59,679 bases of DNA, from NCBI GenBank assembly GCA_900756035.1, contig CAAEIR010000387.1:1-59679 (forward strand). Reading direction: 5' to 3'. The notes beneath the pieces were generated by a model. That model worked only from the letters and a program-made list of their open reading frames with translations, was not told the origin of the DNA and did no database searches. Below, in pieces: positions 9,860 through 19,321 of the stretch. Each line of letters opens with the position of its first letter. Within the stretch, counting starts at the first letter, position 1. This stretch comes from an uncultured Anaerostipes sp. Its GTDB lineage: Bacteria > Bacillota > Clostridia > Lachnospirales > Lachnospiraceae. Position numbers and translations under genes: made by a program.

Positions 9860-9860
9860 G

Positions 9861-10703
9861 ATGGAAGAAAAGAAGAAAAGTTTAATCCCGAAAGCCGCCT
9901 TAATCAAAGCCTGGCTCATTTGGGAAACATTTCCGCAGACTTGTTATAACTATGAGAGAATGATGGGACAGGTCGTTGCCCATATGTTCTCAGCAATTAT
10001 TAATTTCCTTTATAAAGACAATCCGGAAAAGCGCAAAGAAGTCATGAAACGAGAAATTGAATTCTTTAATGTACATATTGAGTTCGGAGCATGTATTCTC
10101 GGTATGGCAGTTGCCCTGGAAGAACAAAAGGCAATGGGAGAAGAAATACCCGGTGAGTTTATTACTAACTTAAAGACATCTCTGATGGGACCTCTGGCAG
10201 GTATGGGAGATACCATTTGGCAGGGTGTTGTAATTCCGATTCTTCTGGCGGTGTGCATTGACCTGACACGTTCCGGCAGCGGAAATGTCTGGGGAGCTGT
10301 TATTTACGCAGTTGTAATTGTTGTTGCAGCCTATGCATTAAGTTACTGGAACTTTATGTTCGGATATAAAGCCGGAAGTGAGGCAATTATGGATTTCCTG
10401 GAAAAGGGAATTTTAAATAAGCTGATCAAAGGTGCTTCCATCATGGGATGTATGGTAATGGGTGGTCTGGTTGTAAATTATGTAAAAGCCGAGTGCGGAT
10501 TAAAAATCGTAAGCTCCACAACTACCTACAGCATTCAGGAAAACTTCTTAGATCAGGTATGCCCGAGTATTCTTCCGCTGGCAGTGACCATGCTGGTTTA
10601 TTATCTGATGAATAAGAAAAGATGGTCTTCTTTAAAAATTATCGGATTAATTATTGCGATTGGTATTGTCGGAGGAGTTACAGGAATTTTAGCTTATTCT
10701 TAA
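9861..10703 (+). CDS. PTS mannose family EIID
   Basis: NYERMM, FFN, KTSLMGPLAGMGD; ATG 9861 follows GAGGAGG RBS. Confidence 0.92.
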   Translation: MEEKKKSLIPKAALIKAWLIWETFPQTCYNYERMMGQVVAHMFSAIINFLYKDNPEKRKEVMKREIEFFNVHIEFGACILGMAVALEEQKAMGEEIPGEFITNLKTSLMGPLAGMGDTIWQGVVIPILLAVCIDLTRSGSGNVWGAVIYAVVIVVAAYALSYWNFMFGYKAGSEAIMDFLEKGILNKLIKGASIMGCMVMGGLVVNYVKAECGLKIVSSTTTYSIQENFLDQVCPSILPLAVTMLVYYLMNKKRWSSLKIIGLIIAIGIVGGVTGILAYS

Positions 10704-10714
10704 ACCATGGGACA

Positions 10715-10757
10715 AAGAAGGGAGAGACCGGGTACAGCTTAGATCTCTCCCTTTTCT
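10715..10757 (+). terminator. Intra-operon hairpin/terminator after EIID
   Basis: AAGGGAGAGA...TCTCTCCCTTTT. Confidence 0.55.
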
Positions 10758-10781
10758 AAAAATAAGAAAGTGTGAAAAATT

Positions 10782-11828
10782 ATGAAAGCAATTGTATTAA
10801 ATCAGCCAAAAGACTTTGAAATCAAAGAAATCAATCAACCTGAAATTGGGGAGGATGAAGTCCTGCTTCGGGTGAAAGCCTCTGGAATCTGTACCAATGA
10901 TGTGAGGGATTATAACGGAGATTGTAATTACAGTTATCCGAGAATCGGAGGCCATGAATATGGCGGAGTCATTGAGAAAATAGGTTCAGCAGTAAGTAAA
11001 GAACGTTTCCATGAAGGGCAGAAGGCAGTTCAGTATATTATTGATGACTGTAAAGAGTGTTACTTTTGTAAACATGGAGATGAGAACATCTGTGAAGATC
11101 ATGCAAAAAGCAAGATTTTTCATAATCCGGAAGGTTTGTCAGGGTATGGAGGATTCGGAGAATATGTAGCAGCGAAAGCAGAAGATCTTTTTCTGTATCC
11201 GGAAGATACATCCTTTGAAAAAATGGCATTTACAGAGCCGTTAGCATGCGTTATTAACAGTATTAACCGCACGAATATCCAGTATGGAGATGATGTGGCC
11301 GTCATTGGAGGCGGTACTATGGGACTGCTCCATGTGATGCTGTTAAAGCAGAAAGGAGCGAGAGTCATTTTAAGCGAGCCTCTTGGCGAGCGCAGAAAAA
11401 AAGCAATGGAACTGGGATGTGATGATACGATTGATCCGATGTCAAAAGACGCTGTGAAGGCGGTGAAAAATCTGACAGAGGGGAGAGGTGCGCTTTTTGT
11501 GTTTAATACGACAGCCATTCCGGCAATTGCAGGGCAGGCGGTGGAGATGACTGCTCCGACGGGAACAACCGTTATGTTTAGTTCCATTCACCCAAATGAG
11601 CCGGTACCGGTAGATATGGGAGCCATTCATTCCTACCAGAAAACCATTACCGGAGCGGTCAGCCCAACCATTGCATCGTTCCATCAGGCAGTGCAGATGA
11701 TTGGGAAAGGTTTAATTGATCCGACTGTTTTGACAGAAGCAACTTATGATTACAAAGATTTTGACCAGGCGATCAAAGCCGCATCAAAACCGGATACTTA
11801 TAAAGTCATTTTAAAATTTGGAGAATAG
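10782..11828 (+). CDS. Zn-dependent MDR polyol(-phosphate) dehydrogenase
   Basis: GICTND, GHE, CxxCxxCx7C, GGGTMG. Confidence 0.88.
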   Translation: MKAIVLNQPKDFEIKEINQPEIGEDEVLLRVKASGICTNDVRDYNGDCNYSYPRIGGHEYGGVIEKIGSAVSKERFHEGQKAVQYIIDDCKECYFCKHGDENICEDHAKSKIFHNPEGLSGYGGFGEYVAAKAEDLFLYPEDTSFEKMAFTEPLACVINSINRTNIQYGDDVAVIGGGTMGLLHVMLLKQKGARVILSEPLGERRKKAMELGCDDTIDPMSKDAVKAVKNLTEGRGALFVFNTTAIPAIAGQAVEMTAPTGTTVMFSSIHPNEPVPVDMGAIHSYQKTITGAVSPTIASFHQAVQMIGKGLIDPTVLTEATYDYKDFDQAIKAASKPDTYKVILKFGE

Positions 11829-11831
11829 CCG

Positions 11832-13313
11832 ATGAAATATTATATTGGAATTGATATGGGAACTTCATCTGTAAAAATAACATGTATTGACGAGACAGGG
11901 GAAATTCTCTCGGAAAAAAGCAGTGAATATGAGATACAGGAACCCAAATCCGGGTGGAAGGAAATTGAACCGGAGACTTGGATTCACGGAATGGATCAGG
12001 CATTTTTGGAACTTTTGAAAGAAATTGATTCGAAAAAGATCGAAGCAATTGGAGTAACAGGCCAGATGCACACGCTCGTCACATTGGATAAAAAGGGGCA
12101 GTCTGTTCGTCCGGCATTGATGTGGAATGACACGCGAACTGCGGATATGATTCCGGATTTAAAGAAGCGGGTTCAAAATCTTAAGGAAGATTCTCATATT
12201 TCCAATATTATTTCAACGGGAAGTCCGGCGGCAAATCTTTTATGGATCAAGGACAATGAACCGGAAAATTTTGAGAAAATCTATAAATTTATAATTGGAC
12301 CGGATTACATTGTATTCCGGCTGACAGGACAGATTCAGACAGACTACTGTGAGGCATCTACATCCTCTCTGTGCAGTCTGAAAACAGGAAAGTGGTCTGA
12401 TGAAATGCGCAGAATGCTTGGATTTTCAGAAAGAATTTATCCATCTATCTGCGGCAGCTTAAAGACAGCCGGATATGTGACAGATGAGTGGAGAAGAAGG
12501 TATGGTCTTGGCAATCATGTGAGAGTGCTTGCAGGGACTGGAGATAATCCGGCGGCGGCAATATCTACAGGCTGTTTTGTGGAAGGATATCCGGTATTAT
12601 CGCTTGGAACTTCCGGAGTTTTAATGTATCCGAGAAAGCGTTTTGATCTTTCGGCAAAAGGAAAGAATATCCTGTTTTCAATGAACGGAAAAGATGTTTT
12701 CATTCTTGTACAAGGTGTGGTACAATCAACGGGAAGCAGTCTTTCATGGTGGATAAAAAATATTTTAGGGACCTCGAATTTTGCCGGGGAAGCCGGCGAA
12801 ATTGATACGGCACATCTAGGAGAGAATGCTTTGATTTTTTATCCTCATTTAGTTGGTGATAAGACAATTTATCAGGATCCGAAACTTCAGGGAGCTTTTT
12901 TAGGAATTGGCACGGATACTACAAGAAAGGATATGACGGTTGCTGTGATGGAGGGAATTGCCTTTGCGGTAAGACAACTGGCAGATGTGATGTGCATTTC
13001 AAAAAAAGACCTTGCCAAGCTTAAAGTCACCGGAGGCGGGGCAAAAAATGAAGTGTGGATGCAGATTCTTTCTGATGTGTTAAACACAGAAATCGGACAG
13101 CTTGACAGCACAGCAGGAGCAGGATACGGGATCGCCCTGGCAGCAGGATGTAAAGATATGGTTTCTATGAAAGAGATGATACACCATACCGTGTCTGTGA
13201 AAAAAATATTTGTTCCAAGAGAATATAATGCGCGATTGTATGAAAAGAAATATCAGAGATATTTAAAAGTGTATCAGGCACTACAGAGTGTATATCGGGA
13301 GGAAAAGAAATGA
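11832..13313 (+). CDS. FGGY-family carbohydrate kinase (xylulokinase-like)
   Basis: GIDMGTS, TGQMH, MWNDTR, AGTGDN, TGGGA. Confidence 0.88.
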   Translation: MKYYIGIDMGTSSVKITCIDETGEILSEKSSEYEIQEPKSGWKEIEPETWIHGMDQAFLELLKEIDSKKIEAIGVTGQMHTLVTLDKKGQSVRPALMWNDTRTADMIPDLKKRVQNLKEDSHISNIISTGSPAANLLWIKDNEPENFEKIYKFIIGPDYIVFRLTGQIQTDYCEASTSSLCSLKTGKWSDEMRRMLGFSERIYPSICGSLKTAGYVTDEWRRRYGLGNHVRVLAGTGDNPAAAISTGCFVEGYPVLSLGTSGVLMYPRKRFDLSAKGKNILFSMNGKDVFILVQGVVQSTGSSLSWWIKNILGTSNFAGEAGEIDTAHLGENALIFYPHLVGDKTIYQDPKLQGAFLGIGTDTTRKDMTVAVMEGIAFAVRQLADVMCISKKDLAKLKVTGGGAKNEVWMQILSDVLNTEIGQLDSTAGAGYGIALAAGCKDMVSMKEMIHHTVSVKKIFVPREYNARLYEKKYQRYLKVYQALQSVYREEKK

Positions 13314-13894
13314 AAACTTGTGATGTATGTAAAAAGCCTTTGGGAGTCTTTCATAAATTCCGCTATGCGGACGGTTATATCTGCAAAGAATGTTATAAAA
13401 AAGCAAGCAGTCATTTTGCAGAAACGATCGTAAAGAAAAACCTTTCGGAAATCCGACAGCTTTGCAGTGAATATGAAACAACACAGACAGAAGAATTTCA
13501 GATTACGGGGAAGATTGGAAACTTTCTTCTGGTAGATGAAATCGGAGGTAAAATATGCCTGCCAAATAATCGAATGATAAAAAAGGAAACGGCTCTGCCA
13601 ACGTTTTATAACATAGAAGATATAGAAGGTTGTGAGATATGGACGGATCCGAAGCAGTCATTGGAACAATTAGAGGAGAATGTTGAGAAACGGCAGGAGG
13701 GAACCGTTCAAAGTCTGAAGGTAGTAATTTATATCCGGGACATGGCTCAGCCGGTAGAGATTCTTTTGATTGGAAATAAGGTTCGCACGAAAAGTTATGC
13801 ATTTCGTCAGTCTTTCCGGTTTGCACGTAAAATTGAGGAAGAAATTTGTCGTTTGAGAGATCAGGAGACGGAATCAGAGAGGCAAAGGAGATGA
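13310..13894 (+). CDS. DUF4428-like zinc-ribbon protein
   Basis: N-terminal CxxC...DGYICxxC; overlaps kinase stop codon. Confidence 0.65.
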   Translation: MKTCDVCKKPLGVFHKFRYADGYICKECYKKASSHFAETIVKKNLSEIRQLCSEYETTQTEEFQITGKIGNFLLVDEIGGKICLPNNRMIKKETALPTFYNIEDIEGCEIWTDPKQSLEQLEENVEKRQEGTVQSLKVVIYIRDMAQPVEILLIGNKVRTKSYAFRQSFRFARKIEEEICRLRDQETESERQRR

Positions 13895-13900
13895 TGGCAG

Positions 13901-14158
13901 GTGAGGCAGTTTCATTATAGTGTACAGGCATTAGTAGGGCTGCATGCCCGGCCGGCAATGGTCCTGGCACAGAAAGCTTCAAGGTATAAGAGCAGAATTG
14001 ATATTTCGTATAAAGGAAAAACCGTAAATGCGAAGAATGTAATGGAGATATTTACGCTGAGGGCTCATCAGGGAGCCGATGTTCTATTTACAATCGTGGG
14101 AGAAGACGAGGACTTGTCAGCGTTAGAATTGTTAGAATTTTGTAAAAAAAATATATAA
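13901..14158 (+). CDS. HPr-family phosphocarrier (His15 present, Ser46 replaced by Asn)
   Basis: GLHARPA; VNAKNVMEI; GEDE. Confidence 0.9.
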   Translation: MRQFHYSVQALVGLHARPAMVLAQKASRYKSRIDISYKGKTVNAKNVMEIFTLRAHQGADVLFTIVGEDEDLSALELLEFCKKNI

Positions 14159-14160
14159 AA

Positions 14161-14219
14161 GCAGTGCCTTTATCAATGGAAATCGGAGACATTGATAAAG
14201 GCGCTGTTTCTTGTTTTCT
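14161..14219 (+). terminator. Intrinsic terminator of PTS operon
   Basis: GCAGTGCCTTTATCAATG/CATTGATAAAGGCGCTGT stem, T-rich tail. Confidence 0.8.
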
Positions 14220-14276
14220 GAAAAAATGTAAAAATGAAGAAAAAGAATGAAACGATGGAAAAAACCGCACAAATAC

Positions 14277-14305
14277 TTGAATCAAAGCGGGTGAAGTGGT
14301 ATATT
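14277..14305 (+). promoter_or_regulatory. sigma-A promoter of nad operon
   Basis: TTGAAT-N17-(TGG)TATATT. Confidence 0.55.
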
Positions 14306-14330
14306 AAACAGTAATAGCAAGGAGAGAAAG

Positions 14331-15239
14331 ATGGAAAATTTAAAGAAAGAAATCGAGCAACTGAAAAAAGAGAAAAATGCGGTGTTACTTGCCCATTATT
14401 ATGTAGATGACGAAGTCCAGGCGATTGCAGATTATGTGGGAGATTCTTATTATTTGGCAAAGATTGCCCTAAAAGAATCGAAAGATGTGATCTGTTTTGC
14501 CGGGGTGAATTTTATGGGTGAGAGCGCCAAGATTCTGAATCCTGACCGGACTGTAATTATGCCGGATCAGAAAGCAGACTGTCCGATGGCACATATGGTG
14601 GACGTTGAGAAAATCAAAGCGGTTCGTGAGGAATATGAAGATCTGGCAGTAGTTTGTTACATTAATTCTACAGCAGAGATTAAGGCATATTCTGATGTCT
14701 GTGTGACATCATCCAACGCATTAAAGGTTGTAAAAGCATTGCCACAGAAGAATATTTTCTTTGTGCCGGATGAGAATCTTGGAAGATATGTGGGAAGTCA
14801 GCTTCCTGAAAAGAATTTTATTTACAATGATGGATTCTGTCATGTACATAAGAGCATTACCGCAGACAATGTCCTCAAGGCAAAAGAAGTACATCCGGAG
14901 GCAGAGATTCTGGTACATCCGGAATGTACGCCTGACGTGGTTGAACTGGCAGATTATGTCGGAAGTACTTCAGGAATTATTGATTATGCTACTGCATCTG
15001 AGAAAGATGTATTTATTATCTGTACAGAGATGGGTGTACTGTATGAATTAAAACAGAAGAACCCTGGCAAGACATTTTATTCTGTAGGGCATCGTCAGTT
15101 CTGTCCGAATATGAAGAGAATTACTTTAGAGAACGTGCGTGATACTTTAAGAGACTTAAAGAATCAGATAGAACTTCCTGAAGAGCTGCGTCTGGATGCA
15201 AAGAAAGCATTGGATGAGATGCTTCGTATCGCGGAGTAG
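14331..15239 (+). CDS. nadA: Quinolinate synthase
   Basis: LAHYY, GDSY, FMGESAKILNP, CPMA, YINS, HPEC, CPNMK. Confidence 0.95.
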   Translation: MENLKKEIEQLKKEKNAVLLAHYYVDDEVQAIADYVGDSYYLAKIALKESKDVICFAGVNFMGESAKILNPDRTVIMPDQKADCPMAHMVDVEKIKAVREEYEDLAVVCYINSTAEIKAYSDVCVTSSNALKVVKALPQKNIFFVPDENLGRYVGSQLPEKNFIYNDGFCHVHKSITADNVLKAKEVHPEAEILVHPECTPDVVELADYVGSTSGIIDYATASEKDVFIICTEMGVLYELKQKNPGKTFYSVGHRQFCPNMKRITLENVRDTLRDLKNQIELPEELRLDAKKALDEMLRIAE

Positions 15240-15271
15240 GAGAGAAGACCTAAGAAAGGGACAAAGAGATT

Positions 15272-16579
15272 ATGAAATCAGCAGATGTAGTCATTGTGGG
15301 AACAGGCGCATCAGGGTTATTCCATGCCCTGTTTCTTCCGCAGGATTACAAAGTTATTATGATAACAAAAAAAGGGGTGGAAGACAGCGACTCGTTTTTG
15401 GCGCAGGGAGGTATTTCGGCATTAAAGAATCCGGAGGATTATGATGCATATTTTGAGGATACCATGAAAGCCGGTCATTATGAGAATGATAAGGGCGCAG
15501 TAAAGAAGATGATTCTGGAATCACCGGAGATCATACAGGATTTAAAAGATTACGATGTTCGTTTTGATCTGAAAGATGGTGAGATTGAATTTACAAGAGA
15601 GGGCGGACATTCAACGTTTCGCATTCTCCACCATGAAGATATGACAGGGCGGGAGATTACCAGTCATCTATACGAAAAGGTAAAACAACGCAGTAATATT
15701 GAGATTATGACAAACTGTGTAATGATTGATATTATTGAAAAGGATGGAATGTGCAAGGGAGTTGTGTATCAGGACAGCGAGGGCAGGATTGATGTGATTC
15801 AGGCATCTGATACGGTTCTTGCTACAGGAGGAATCGGAGGGTTGTTTAGAAATTCCACGAATTTTCCGCATTTGACAGCGGACAGTCTGGCAATCTGTCT
15901 GAGACATAATATTGCACTGGAGAATGTTAATTATATACAGATTCATCCGACAACATTTTACTCAAAGAAGCCCGGAAGAAGATTTTTGATTTCAGAATCT
16001 GTCCGGGGAGAAGGCGCTTATCTGTTCAATAAAGATGGAGAGCGTTTTACTGATGAATTAAAACCAAGGGATGTTGTAACGGCTGCGATTCGGGAGCAGA
16101 TGAAGAAAGATGACAGTGATCATGTATATTTGTCTGTGACACATCTGGATGGAGACCGGGTCAGACAACGTTTTCCGAATATATACAAACAGTGTCTGAA
16201 GGAAGGCTATGATATGACTAAAGAGCCGATTCCTGTCACACCTGCACAGCATTATTTTATGGGTGGGGTTAAAGTGAATCTGGACAGCAAAACTTCAATG
16301 GATCATCTTTATGCAGTAGGAGAGACAAGCTGTAATGGGGTTCATGGAAAGAACCGTCTGGCAAGTAACTCCCTTTTAGAGGCACTGGTATTTGCCAAGG
16401 CAGCTGCAAAGGATATTAAGGAACATCCGGTTTTACAGGACGAGCCTGTGTCGGTTGATTTGGAATATTATCATGGGAAAATAGAAAAGCTTGCCGATGA
16501 GAACCGAAAACTGGTTCTTGATGAAATTAAAAGAAAGGACAGAAGTTTTTATGATCAATGGTGTAACGATGAGAATTAA
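15272..16579 (+). CDS. nadB: L-aspartate oxidase
   Basis: LAQGGI, REGGHS, QIHPT, SESVRGEG, HGKNRLASNSLLE. Confidence 0.93.
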   Translation: MKSADVVIVGTGASGLFHALFLPQDYKVIMITKKGVEDSDSFLAQGGISALKNPEDYDAYFEDTMKAGHYENDKGAVKKMILESPEIIQDLKDYDVRFDLKDGEIEFTREGGHSTFRILHHEDMTGREITSHLYEKVKQRSNIEIMTNCVMIDIIEKDGMCKGVVYQDSEGRIDVIQASDTVLATGGIGGLFRNSTNFPHLTADSLAICLRHNIALENVNYIQIHPTTFYSKKPGRRFLISESVRGEGAYLFNKDGERFTDELKPRDVVTAAIREQMKKDDSDHVYLSVTHLDGDRVRQRFPNIYKQCLKEGYDMTKEPIPVTPAQHYFMGGVKVNLDSKTSMDHLYAVGETSCNGVHGKNRLASNSLLEALVFAKAAAKDIKEHPVLQDEPVSVDLEYYHGKIEKLADENRKLVLDEIKRKDRSFYDQWCNDEN

Positions 16580-17408
16580 CATCGATGAATATCTGATGAA
16601 TGCTTTGAAAGAAGATATCACCGGTGAAGATGTCAGTACCAATGCAGTCATGCCGGAAGCCAGGCAGGGAAAAGTTGATTTAATCTGCAAAGAAGATGGA
16701 ATTATTTGCGGGCTGGAAGTTTTTGAACGTGTGTTCAAGCTTCTGGATGATAAGACTTGCTTTGAGACCAGTCTAAAGGACGGCGATGAAGTGAAAAAAG
16801 GCGATTTGATGGGCGTGCTTACAGGAGATATTCGGGTGCTGCTCTCAGGAGAAAGGGTTGCCTTAAATTATCTTCAGAGGATGAGTGGAATTGCGACAAT
16901 GACTCGAGAATTGTCAAAGGAATTAGAAGGTTGTGCAACCAAGCTTTTGGATACCAGAAAGACAACACCGAATATGCGTCCTTTTGAAAAATATGCGGTA
17001 ACTGTGGGCGGAGGACATAATCACAGATATAATTTATCTGATGGTGTTATGTTAAAAGATAATCATATCGGGGCAGCCGGAGGAATTCGTCAGGCAGTTT
17101 ATATGGCAAGAGAATATGCACCGTTTGTCCGTAAGATAGAAGTGGAGACAGAGAATCTTTCAATGGTAAATGAGGCACTGGAGGCAGGAGCGGACATTAT
17201 CATGCTGGATAATATGGATGATGACACTATGCGTGAAGCTGTAAAGATGATTGACGGACGGGCAGAAACAGAATGTTCAGGAAATGTTACAAAAGAACGT
17301 CTGGCAGCTATCCGTGAAATCGGAGTGGATTATGTATCCTGTGGGGCGCTGACACACTCTGCACCGATTATGGATATTTCTTTAAAGAATCTGGTACCGG
17401 TGGAATGA
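16551..17408 (+). CDS. nadC: Quinolinate phosphoribosyltransferase
   Basis: LDTRKTTP, NHR, LKDNH, IEVE, MLDNM; ATG 16551 after AAAGGAC. Confidence 0.95.
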   Translation: MINGVTMRINIDEYLMNALKEDITGEDVSTNAVMPEARQGKVDLICKEDGIICGLEVFERVFKLLDDKTCFETSLKDGDEVKKGDLMGVLTGDIRVLLSGERVALNYLQRMSGIATMTRELSKELEGCATKLLDTRKTTPNMRPFEKYAVTVGGGHNHRYNLSDGVMLKDNHIGAAGGIRQAVYMAREYAPFVRKIEVETENLSMVNEALEAGADIIMLDNMDDDTMREAVKMIDGRAETECSGNVTKERLAAIREIGVDYVSCGALTHSAPIMDISLKNLVPVE

Positions 17409-17923
17409 ATGACGAGATAAGATTTAAAAATGTCTATGAAGCAGAATTCTGGATGATGAAGGAATATGCTAAGTATGTATCTTGCAGATCTGGCAGAATT
17501 TTGGGTATGATATTGATGGCAGTATCGGCAGCGGCATTTGGAATCAGTTTATGGATGGGATATTCATTGTCGGAGAGCGCATTGTTTCTCTTATGTTTTC
17601 TGGGCGGACTTGCTATTTATTGTTATTATATTTTAGTTTTAAAAGTAATGAACCGCCAGATAACAGCAGGAAAGAATGGGAAGATGCCGGAGTGTATTAT
17701 TGATTTTACAAAAGACGGCATTCGAATGATACAAGGCAGTGCCAAGATACAGTATGACTATCAGGATATTCGAAAGTTATACAATCTTTCGGGTATTTAT
17801 GCTCTGACAGCAGGAAACAGTCAGGCCGTTTTAGTAAAAAAAGGGGCTTTCCTTAAGGGAAATGAAGAAGAATTCGAGCAATTTATTACGATGAACATAA
17901 AAAACAGCGATTCTCAAAAATGA
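17405..17923 (+). CDS. YcxB-like membrane protein
   Basis: Two N-terminal TM helices plus soluble C-terminal domain ending KKGAF..EEFEQFI. Confidence 0.6.
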   Translation: MNDEIRFKNVYEAEFWMMKEYAKYVSCRSGRILGMILMAVSAAAFGISLWMGYSLSESALFLLCFLGGLAIYCYYILVLKVMNRQITAGKNGKMPECIIDFTKDGIRMIQGSAKIQYDYQDIRKLYNLSGIYALTAGNSQAVLVKKGAFLKGNEEEFEQFITMNIKNSDSQK

Positions 17924-17938
17924 GAACCGCTGTTTTTT
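17899..17938. terminator. Bidirectional terminator
   Basis: AAAAACAGCGATTCTCA/TGAGAACCGCTGTTTTT. Confidence 0.75.
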
Positions 17939-19292
17939 ATACTGTAATAATACCCATTCCTTCCAGGACGGAAAATGCAAGGATTGCAAGAATACAGATC
18001 GGAGCAATATATTTGATCATCACCAGGAACAGTGATTTACGATGAAAGCTTCCGGATCCTTCTATTTCGTCCACAATTACCTGAGGCTTGATTATATAAG
18101 CAACAAAGATACAGGTCAGGAATGCGGCAATCGGCATCAGGACGCTGTTGCTTAAGAAATCAAAGAAATCAAGGAAACTGAATCCTAAGATTGTAATGTG
18201 GTCCCAGATTCCATATCCAAGAGAAGAAGGAACCGCCATCAATAAGGCTATGCAAAACAGGGTGATGCATGCAGTGATTCTTTTAACATGAAACCGGTCG
18301 GTTACAACGGCAACCAGTGTCTCCAGCAATGAAATGGAGGAAGTCAGTGCCGCAAATAATACAAGAATAAAGAATACAGCCGCAATTCCGTTGCTGAATG
18401 CCATGCTGTCGAATACTTTCGGAAGCATTACAAACATCAGGGAAGGACCCTTTGCAAGCATAGAGGCATCTCCGTTGGAAAATACAAATACTGCCGGAAC
18501 AATCATCAATCCTGCAAGAAATGCAACTCCGGTATCAAAGCATTCTACCTGAGTTACGGATTTCTCTAAATCCGAATTCTTCGGCATATAAGAACCGAAG
18601 GTAATCATAATTCCCATAGCGAGAGACATGGAGTAAAACAACTGTCCTAAGGCTGCAAGAAAGGTTGTCGGTCCAAGATCTTTTAAGTTTGGTTTCAAAT
18701 AATAGATGACCCCTTCCATTGCACCTGGTCTTGTGATACAAAAGACGGATACTCCAATCAGCAACACAATTAACACAGGCATCATAAAAGTACTGACACG
18801 CTCAACCCCGCCTTTCACGCCAAAGGCAACGACAATCGTCGTGATTAAAAGGAAAATGATCAAATAGACCAGAGGTTCTGCTGTTTTTCCGATAAATTCT
18901 GGGAAGAAACTATCGGACGCAGCTGCGTGTACTTTGCCCTGAAGTGATACAACTGTATATTTTGTAACCCATCCGCCGATTACGCAGTAATATGGGAAAA
19001 TAATAAACGGAATAAACGTAGTTAAAACTCCGATAAATGCGTATTTTTTTCGGAAATGCCCGAAAGCTCCAAGGGCACTGGTTCCTGATTTCCTTCCAAG
19101 AGCAACCTCTGTGATCATTAGCGTAAATCCAAAAGTAAGGGTAAGGATTAAATAAATTAGCAGGAAACTTCCGCCTCCGTATTTTGCTGCTAAATATGGG
19201 AATCTCCATATGTTTCCAAGTCCTACGGCGGAGCCGGCAGTCGCAAGGACGAATCCAATGCGGCTCGAGAACCCGCTTCTCTCATGTGACAT
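17937..19292 (-). CDS. Sodium-dependent transporter, NSS/SNF family
   Basis: GSAVGLGNIWRFPY, GQLFYSMSLAMG, AALTSSISL. Confidence 0.92.
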   Translation of the reverse strand: MSHERSGFSSRIGFVLATAGSAVGLGNIWRFPYLAAKYGGGSFLLIYLILTLTFGFTLMITEVALGRKSGTSALGAFGHFRKKYAFIGVLTTFIPFIIFPYYCVIGGWVTKYTVVSLQGKVHAAASDSFFPEFIGKTAEPLVYLIIFLLITTIVVAFGVKGGVERVSTFMMPVLIVLLIGVSVFCITRPGAMEGVIYYLKPNLKDLGPTTFLAALGQLFYSMSLAMGIMITFGSYMPKNSDLEKSVTQVECFDTGVAFLAGLMIVPAVFVFSNGDASMLAKGPSLMFVMLPKVFDSMAFSNGIAAVFFILVLFAALTSSISLLETLVAVVTDRFHVKRITACITLFCIALLMAVPSSLGYGIWDHITILGFSFLDFFDFLSNSVLMPIAAFLTCIFVAYIIKPQVIVDEIEGSGSFHRKSLFLVMIKYIAPICILAILAFSVLEGMGIITV

Positions 19293-19321
19293 AAATGATT
19301 ACCTTCTTTCATATATTTTTC

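Noticed and set aside
8540..9860. Acidic C-terminal tails of EIIA and EIIC as a special signal
   Set aside because: Largely explained by GAGGAGG SD sequences for the next gene; such tails are common in this PTS family.
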